From: an uncultured Gemmatimonadales bacterium
GTDB lineage: Bacteria > Gemmatimonadota > Gemmatimonadetes > Gemmatimonadales > GWC2-71-9
Assembly (NCBI GenBank): GCA_963795085.1
Contig: CAWCFX010000002.1
Coordinates: 160,001-224,000 of the forward strand
Direction of reading: 5' to 3'
Length of the DNA stretch: 64,000 nucleotides
In this document: piece by piece, positions 57,938-64,000 of the stretch
Position numbering within the stretch: the first letter of the stretch is position 1
Layout: each line of letters starts with the position of its first letter
Translations under genes and position numbers: made by a program
Notes under the pieces: model-generated
Seen by the model: only the letters and a program-made list of their open reading frames with translations
The model's database searches: none
Told to the model about the DNA's origin: nothing

Positions 57938-59497
57938 ATGACGGCCTTTCTCGCGTCGGTCGGCTACGACCGCTGGATCCTGCATGTCCTGCTGCTTCTA
58001 CCGCTGGCGGGCATGCTGCCGGTGCTGCTGGCCCCGGCCCGGCTGGCCCGCCAGCTGGCCCTGTGGATCACGGTGCTCGAGTTCATCCTCTCCATGGGGC
58101 TCTGGTGGGCCTACGTGCCCCAGGCCGGCATGCAGTTCACCGCCACGGTGGACTGGCTGCCCGACTGGGGGATCGCCTACCGGGTGGGGCTGGACGGGAT
58201 TTCCCTGTTCATGGTGCTCCTGTCCACCGCCCTGATGCCGCTCTGCGTACTGGGCAGCTGGCAGTACATCACCGAGCGGGAGCGGGGGTATTACGCGCTG
58301 TTGCTGGCGCTGCTGACCGGCATGCTGGGCGTGTTCGTGTCGCTCGACATGTTCGTGTTCTACGTGTTCTGGGAAGTCATGCTCATCCCGATGTATTTCA
58401 TCATCGGGATCTGGGGCGGGCAGCGGCGGCTCTACGCGGCCATCAAGTTCTTTGTCTACACGTTCGCCGGCTCGATTCTCATGCTGGTCGCGATCCTGGT
58501 GATGGTGCGCCGGATCGGCGCCGTGACCGGCACGTATTCGTTCGCTTACGACCACCTGCTGGAGCACGCGGCCCTGATCGGCCCCGCCGCCCCCTGGCTG
58601 TTCGCGGCGTTCGCGCTCGCCTTCGCCATCAAGGTCCCGATCTTCCCCTTCCACACCTGGCTGCCCGATGCCCACGTGGAGGCGCCCACGGCGGGCAGCG
58701 TGCTGCTGGCCAGCGTCCTGCTCAAGATGGGCACCTACGGCTTCCTCCGGTTCGCGGTTCCCTTCTTTCCCGAGGTCGCCCTGAGCCCGGCCGTCACGAC
58801 CCTGATGGTGTCCCTGGCGGTGATCGGCATCATCTACGGCGCGCTGGTTGCGATGGTCCAGCCTGACATCAAGAAACTGGTGGCCTACTCCTCGGTGAGC
58901 CATCTCGGGTTCGTGATGCTGGGCATCTGGGCCGCGACCCTGCAAAGCGTGCAGGGCGCCCTCATGGTCATGATCGGCCATGGCCTCTCCACCGGCGCGC
59001 TCTTCTTCCTGATCGGCATGCTCTACGAACGGCGCCACACCCGGCTGATCGAATCCTACGGCGGTATCGCGCGGGTGGTCCCGCTGTTCAGCGCGATTTT
59101 CACCCTGGTGGCGCTGGCTTCCATCGGCCTGCCGGGGCTGAACGGGTTCGTCGGTGAGTTCCTGGTGCTGGTGGGCAGCTTTCCCCGACATCCCCTCGCG
59201 ACCGGGGTGGCCACCACCGGGGTGATCTTCGCGGCCGCCTACCTGCTCTGGGCCCTGCAGCGGATCATTTTCAACCCGCTCGACAACGACGAGAACCGGA
59301 CGCTGGCGGACCTTTCGCCCCGGGAACTCGCGGTCCTGCTCCCCCTGGTGCTGGGGATCGTGTGGATGGGACTCTATCCCAAGCCGGTGCTGGAGCGCAT
59401 GGAGCCCTCCGCCCAGCAATACGTGGATCATGTGCAGCCCGCCCTCGAGCGGAGCCGGACTACCCCGGCGGCAAACCGGGCGGAGACCCAGCCATGA
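57938..59497 (+). CDS. nuoM: NADH-quinone oxidoreductase subunit M
   Basis: FYVFWE..LIPMY, HTWLPDAHVEAPT, LLKMG.YG, AYSSVSHLG. Confidence 0.99.
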   Translation: MTAFLASVGYDRWILHVLLLLPLAGMLPVLLAPARLARQLALWITVLEFILSMGLWWAYVPQAGMQFTATVDWLPDWGIAYRVGLDGISLFMVLLSTALMPLCVLGSWQYITERERGYYALLLALLTGMLGVFVSLDMFVFYVFWEVMLIPMYFIIGIWGGQRRLYAAIKFFVYTFAGSILMLVAILVMVRRIGAVTGTYSFAYDHLLEHAALIGPAAPWLFAAFALAFAIKVPIFPFHTWLPDAHVEAPTAGSVLLASVLLKMGTYGFLRFAVPFFPEVALSPAVTTLMVSLAVIGIIYGALVAMVQPDIKKLVAYSSVSHLGFVMLGIWAATLQSVQGALMVMIGHGLSTGALFFLIGMLYERRHTRLIESYGGIARVVPLFSAIFTLVALASIGLPGLNGFVGEFLVLVGSFPRHPLATGVATTGVIFAAAYLLWALQRIIFNPLDNDENRTLADLSPRELAVLLPLVLGIVWMGLYPKPVLERMEPSAQQYVDHVQPALERSRTTPAANRAETQP

Positions 59498-60996
59498 ACG
59501 ATCTGGACCTGAGTACGCCGCTGGGCCTGACCCGGGCGCTGGCGCCCGAGATCCTGCTCACCCTGTGGTCGCTGCTGGTGCTGCTGGTCGTGGCCTGGCG
59601 CCACCGCACCGCGGCCGACAGCCGGCTGGCCGGCTGGCTGAGCTTCGCCGGGGTCGCGGCTACCGCCCTGGTGGTGGCCTGGATGTGGGCCACCACCAGG
59701 GGCAGCCCGGCCGTCCCCAACATGGTAGACGTGGACGCCTTCCGCTTCGCCACCTCGCTGCTCTTCCTGGCGTCCGCCGGCTTTACGATTCTCATCTCGC
59801 TGGGATACCTGGAACGGGAGGGACTGCTGGCCCCCGAGTACTACGTCCTGGTCCTGCTGGCCACGGTCGGCATGATGTTCATGGGCGGGGCGGTGGACCT
59901 GATCGTGATGTTCCTGGGCCTCGAGGTGATGTCGGTGGCGGTGTACGTGCTGGCCGGGTTCGACCGGGGCAGCCGCTTCAGCGCCGAAGCCGCGCTGAAG
60001 TATTTCCTGATCGGCGCCTTCGCCAGCGGATTTCTGCTCTACGGAATCGCCCTGGTTTACGGCGCCACCGGCCTGACCAACCTGGCGCTGATCGGGCCCG
60101 GCATGGGGCAGGGGGCGATGCCGCTGATGGCGAGCCTGGGACTGGGGCTGCTGCTCATCGGGTTCGCGTTCAAGGCCGCCGCCGTCCCCTTCCACATGTG
60201 GGCGCCCGACGTGTACGACGGGTCACCGACGCCGGTCGCCGGGTTCATGGCCACCGGCGTCAAGGCGGCCGCCTTTGCGGCCCTGACCCGCACCCTGCTG
60301 GTCGGGTTTCCGGCCGCGGCCATGCAATGGCAGCCGGTGATCGCGGTGCTCAGTATCGCGACCATGGTGGTCGGCAACCTGGTCGCCCTCGTCCAGCGCC
60401 CGCTCAAGCGTATGCTGGCGTACAGCTCGGTGGCCCACGCCGGCTATCTCCTCGCCGCGCTCTGGGCCGGTACCCGGTTCGCCGCGGCCACCGTGCTGGT
60501 GTACCTGGCCGCCTACACGCTGACCACCCTGGCCAGCTTCGCCATTCTCGCGGCGATCGGACGCAAGGGAGAACGGGACGTCACCCTCGACGACCTGGCC
60601 GGGCTGGGCCAGCGGCGTCCCTGGATGGCGGCGGCCCTGGCCATCTGCATGCTCTCCCTGCTGGGATTCCCCGGCACCATCGGTTTCATCGGGAAGTGGT
60701 ATATCCTGACCAGCCTGGTGCACGAGGGGCAGTGGATTCTTCCCGTCGTGCTGGTGGTGACCAGCGTGGTCTCCGCCGGCTACTACCTGCCGGTGATCAT
60801 GGCGATGTACATGCGGCCCGCCCCCAACGAGACCTGGCATGCCCACCGGGGGCTGGTGCCGCTGGCGTCGGCCGCGGTGGGTCTCTGCGTTGTCGGGATC
60901 CTGCTCTTCGGCGTCTGGCCCAACCAGTTCCTGGCCCTGGCCAACGCCACGGTGGAGAACCTGGGGCGAATGGTCCTCCCGATCGCCGCGCAGTAG
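59494..60996 (+). CDS. nuoN: NADH-quinone oxidoreductase subunit N
   Basis: EAALKYF, PFHMWAPDVYDGSPTP, KRMLAYSSVAHAGY. Confidence 0.99.
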   Translation: MNDLDLSTPLGLTRALAPEILLTLWSLLVLLVVAWRHRTAADSRLAGWLSFAGVAATALVVAWMWATTRGSPAVPNMVDVDAFRFATSLLFLASAGFTILISLGYLEREGLLAPEYYVLVLLATVGMMFMGGAVDLIVMFLGLEVMSVAVYVLAGFDRGSRFSAEAALKYFLIGAFASGFLLYGIALVYGATGLTNLALIGPGMGQGAMPLMASLGLGLLLIGFAFKAAAVPFHMWAPDVYDGSPTPVAGFMATGVKAAAFAALTRTLLVGFPAAAMQWQPVIAVLSIATMVVGNLVALVQRPLKRMLAYSSVAHAGYLLAALWAGTRFAAATVLVYLAAYTLTTLASFAILAAIGRKGERDVTLDDLAGLGQRRPWMAAALAICMLSLLGFPGTIGFIGKWYILTSLVHEGQWILPVVLVVTSVVSAGYYLPVIMAMYMRPAPNETWHAHRGLVPLASAAVGLCVVGILLFGVWPNQFLALANATVENLGRMVLPIAAQ

Positions 60997-61009
60997 CCGC
61001 GCTCCCGCC

Positions 61010-62386
61010 ATGCACACGCCTCGCGCCATCTTTCGCCAGTACGACATCCGCGGCGTGGCCGGTACCGAGTTGACGGCCGAGCTGGCGCGGGCCGTGGGCC
61101 GCGCCTATGCCACCCTGGGCTGGGACAAGCTCGGCCGGGCCCCGGTGCTGGCGGTCGGCCGGGACAACCGCCCCAGCGGCACCGGGCTGGCCGAAGCGAT
61201 CCGGGCCGGCATCGCCGACACCGGGGCCACCGCGATCGACATCGGCGTGCTGCCGACGCCGGCGCTTTATCTCGGCGTCATCGCGCTGGGGACCGATGGG
61301 GGCCTGCAGGTCACCGGGTCCCACAACCCGCCCGAGTTCAACGGATTCAAGATGGTCCTGGACGGTGACTCGGTGCACGGCGAGGAGATCCAGGAGTTGT
61401 GGGAGATCATCACGGCCGAGCGATGGCGGGCGGGGACCGGTGCCATCGGCGCCGACGGCTCGGTCCTCCAGCGCTACCGGGAGGCGATCCTGGAGCGGCA
61501 CACGCTCGCCCGGCCGGTCCACGTGGTGGTGGACTGCGGCAACGGTGCCGGCAGCCTGGTCGCGGTGTCCACCCTGGAGGGCCTGGGCGCCCGGGTGACC
61601 CCGCTGTTCTGCGAGTCGGATGGCACCTTTCCCAACCACCATCCCGATCCCACGGTGCCGGCCAACCTGCGTGACCTGCAGGAGACGGTCCGCCGCACCG
61701 GCGCCGAACTGGGTATCGCGTTTGACGGTGATGCGGACCGGATCGGCGCCGTGGATGAAACCGGGCGCATCATCTACGGCGACCAGCTGCTGGTGCTGTA
61801 CGGCCGGGACGCGGTCCGCCGGTTCGGGCCCGGGATCCCGGTGATCTTCGACGTCAAATGCTCCGAGGTGCTCGCCACCGCCCTCGCCGAGAGCGGGGCG
61901 GTGCCGCTGATGTGGAAGACCGGGCATTCGCTCATCAAGGCCAAGATGAAAGCGATGGGCGCCCCCCTGGCGGGCGAGATGAGCGGCCACATGTTCTTCG
62001 GGGGGGACTACTTCGGGTTCGACGATGCGCTCTTCGGTGCCGCCCGGCTGCTGGAGATCGTCTCCCGCGGCCCCGGAGGCCTGAGCCGGTTCCTCGCCGA
62101 CCTGCCGGAGACCTTTACGACCCCGGAGATCCGGGTGGACTGCGGCGACGAGCGCAAGTTCGCGCTGGTCGAGCGGGCCGCGGCGCATTTCGCCGCCCGC
62201 TACCCGGTGAACGCCATCGACGGGGTGCGGATGACGTTTCCGCAGGGCTGGGGTCTGATCCGGTCCTCCAATACCCAGCCGATCCTGGTGCTCCGCTTCG
62301 AGGCCGGGAGCCCGGAGGCGCTGGCGGCATACCAGGCTGAAGTCCGGGCCTACCTGGCCGCCGAGGGGCTGGCTTCGGACTGGTAG
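61010..62386 (+). CDS. Phosphomannomutase/phosphoglucomutase
   Basis: IFRQYDIRG, TGSHNP, PNHHPDP, FDGDADR, GEMSGH, RSSNTQP. Confidence 0.96.
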   Translation: MHTPRAIFRQYDIRGVAGTELTAELARAVGRAYATLGWDKLGRAPVLAVGRDNRPSGTGLAEAIRAGIADTGATAIDIGVLPTPALYLGVIALGTDGGLQVTGSHNPPEFNGFKMVLDGDSVHGEEIQELWEIITAERWRAGTGAIGADGSVLQRYREAILERHTLARPVHVVVDCGNGAGSLVAVSTLEGLGARVTPLFCESDGTFPNHHPDPTVPANLRDLQETVRRTGAELGIAFDGDADRIGAVDETGRIIYGDQLLVLYGRDAVRRFGPGIPVIFDVKCSEVLATALAESGAVPLMWKTGHSLIKAKMKAMGAPLAGEMSGHMFFGGDYFGFDDALFGAARLLEIVSRGPGGLSRFLADLPETFTTPEIRVDCGDERKFALVERAAAHFAARYPVNAIDGVRMTFPQGWGLIRSSNTQPILVLRFEAGSPEALAAYQAEVRAYLAAEGLASDW

Positions 62387-62408
62387 CCTTCTCAGGTGAA
62401 AGGTGACA

Positions 62409-64000
62409 ATGTCGCGCCGTGGACGCGTGGCGGCGTTGATCGTCCTCGCCGTCGTCGCATTCCTCTTCATCGGCCGTTGGGCCACCCTGGTCATCGCCGA
62501 GCGCTGGTGGGCGGAGACCATTTCGCCGGCGGCGGGACGGTTCGCCGGTGAAGTGCAGGCGCTTCGCCTGCTGCTCGACCTTGCCGGCATCCTGGCCGCC
62601 ACCGCCTGGTTCACCGGCAACCTGTACATCGTGTACCGGACGATCGGGTCGGTGCACGTCTCCCGCCGGGTGGCCAACCTCGAAATCAATGAAGCGCTGA
62701 CGTCCCGGGCCCTCCTCACCGGTACGATCGCCGGGGGCGTGCTCCTCGGCGTGCTGACCGGCCTGGGGACCTCGCGATGGTGGCACAGTGTCGTGCTGGC
62801 GGTGCATGGCGTGTCGTACGGGACCCTGGATCCCGTCCTGGGCAAGGACCTGGGACTGTACGTCGCCCAGCTGCCCCTCTGGCGCCGGGCCCATGGCGCC
62901 GCGCTGCTGCTGGTGCTGCTGGCCCTGGGGACCTGCTTCCTGCTGTACCTGCTGGTGGGCGCGGTCCGCTGGTCGGCCCGCCGTCCCGCCGTCAGCGACC
63001 ACGCGAGACGGCACCTGGGCTGGCTGCTGGCCGCACTGGCCCTGGCCCTCGCCTGGGGCTACTGGCTGGAGCCCTACGAAGCCGTCGCGGGGATCGACGC
63101 CAGCCTGCGGCTCGATATCGCGGCGTTTTCCGCGGTTGTCGCGAATGCCCTCACCGGGGTCGCGCTGGCCGCGGCCCTCGTCTCGGCGGCGTGGGCGCTG
63201 CGGCCTCGGCACCTGCTGATGACCATGGCCTGGCTGATCCTCGCGTTCTCCTCGATCGTCGGCCATCATGTCCTTCCCGCATTCGCCAGCGTGCGGGAGC
63301 GAGCCATCGGATACCGCGAGGATACCGTCATCCGGCTGGAACGCACCGCGTTTGGGCTGGCTCGAATGGAGGAAGCGGAGCGCTATTCCGGTGACGCGGT
63401 CCGCCGGCCGCCGGCCCCGGTTTCCCTGTGGAGCCCGGAACAGGTAGAGCGGATCGGCGAGGGCGATTCCTCCCGTGTCGTGGCGATCAACCAGTCGGTG
63501 CTTCGGGTGCGGGGACGGAGGCTGCCGGTCTGGATCACGGTGCGATCCGTGCCGGGCGACACCACGGTCGTCAACGCCTACGCGGATGACCGGGTTGCCC
63601 CTTCCGGCGGCCCCCTGTCCTTCCGGTCCCAGGACACCCTCGCCTACCCGGGCACGGTGCGGCTTCTCTCCCTGCCGGCCGCGGCGATCCGGCCGCAGGC
63701 GCCGGAGTTCGTCGTCAACCAGGATTCGGCGGGCGTACCGGCCGGACGCCTGGGGCGCCGGGTGGTCCTGGCCTGGGCGCGGCAGGCGGGCGCCCTGCTG
63801 GCCCCGGTCCCCGCCGGCGCCCACCTGGCCTGGCATCTCGACCCCCTCGGCCGCCTGCAGGCGATAGCGCCCCATGTGGCCTGGGGCCAGCCGACGGCCC
63901 ACGTGGTCGGCGACCAGCTGGTATGGATTTCGGACGGCTACGTGGCCTCGGCGACTTTCCCGGTCGTGGAACGGGTGCCGTGGCGGGACCGGAACATCGG
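62409..64000 (+). CDS. UPF0182 family membrane protein (3' truncated by window; absent from ORF track)
   Basis: My translation from ATG 62409: MSRRGRVAALIVLAVVAFLFIGRW...ERWW...DPVLGKDLGLYVAQLPLW, multiple TM segments; no stop seen in the part read. Confidence 0.75.
   Translation, partial: MSRRGRVAALIVLAVVAFLFIGRWATLVIAERWWAETISPAAGRFAGEVQALRLLLDLAGILAATAWFTGNLYIVYRTIGSVHVSRRVANLEINEALTSRALLTGTIAGGVLLGVLTGLGTSRWWHSVVLAVHGVSYGTLDPVLGKDLGLYVAQLPLWRRAHGAALLLVLLALGTCFLLYLLVGAVRWSARRPAVSDHARRHLGWLLAALALALAWGYWLEPYEAVAGIDASLRLDIAAFSAVVANALTGVALAAALVSAAWALRPRHLLMTMAWLILAFSSIVGHHVLPAFASVRERAIGYREDTVIRLERTAFGLARMEEAERYSGDAVRRPPAPVSLWSPEQVERIGEGDSSRVVAINQSVLRVRGRRLPVWITVRSVPGDTTVVNAYADDRVAPSGGPLSFRSQDTLAYPGTVRLLSLPAAAIRPQAPEFVVNQDSAGVPAGRLGRRVVLAWARQAGALLAPVPAGAHLAWHLDPLGRLQAIAPHVAWGQPTAHVVGDQLVWISDGYVASATFPVVERVPWRDRNI

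Overview
GC-rich bacterial chromosomal segment. Gemmatimonadota is my inference from the short rpoZ type, the gene order and the accessory gene types; it is not verified. The window is mostly housekeeping genes: yicC-gmk-rpoZ-coaBC-UDG-dnaB, radA-ispD-tsaC-LMW phosphatase-aroE-comF-gap-pgk, tpiA-secG-carA-HU, moaDEA-trmL, cls, mdh-sdhCAB, dcd, a complete nuoA-N operon, a phosphomutase and a partial UPF0182 gene. The main accessory block is a tightly packed lasso-peptide (RiPP) cluster at 33592-39802. It encodes a PqqD/RRE protein, an Asn-synthetase-like cyclase, a 46-aa precursor (predicted core AFEPGTNTDFTMSSF, Ala1-Asp9 ring), an HPrK-like kinase, a membrane sulfatase-fold enzyme with Thr at the nucleophile position, a degenerate paralog of the kinase, and a nucleotidyltransferase. 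No B2 leader protease is visible. Upstream lie a His-rich exported protein and two paralogous LVIVD-like lipoproteins; downstream lie two convergent M1 peptidases. Non-coding signals include a tandem array of ~125-147 bp multi-hairpin repeats between dnaB and radA, and a 171-bp palindrome of 17-mers that shares an 11-mer with that array. There are also heptamer repeats at operon junctions, a Rex-like box at the nuo promoter and a paired MarR operator. No rRNA, tRNA, CRISPR array or transposase was recognised. All calls come from reading motifs by eye; no database searches were run.
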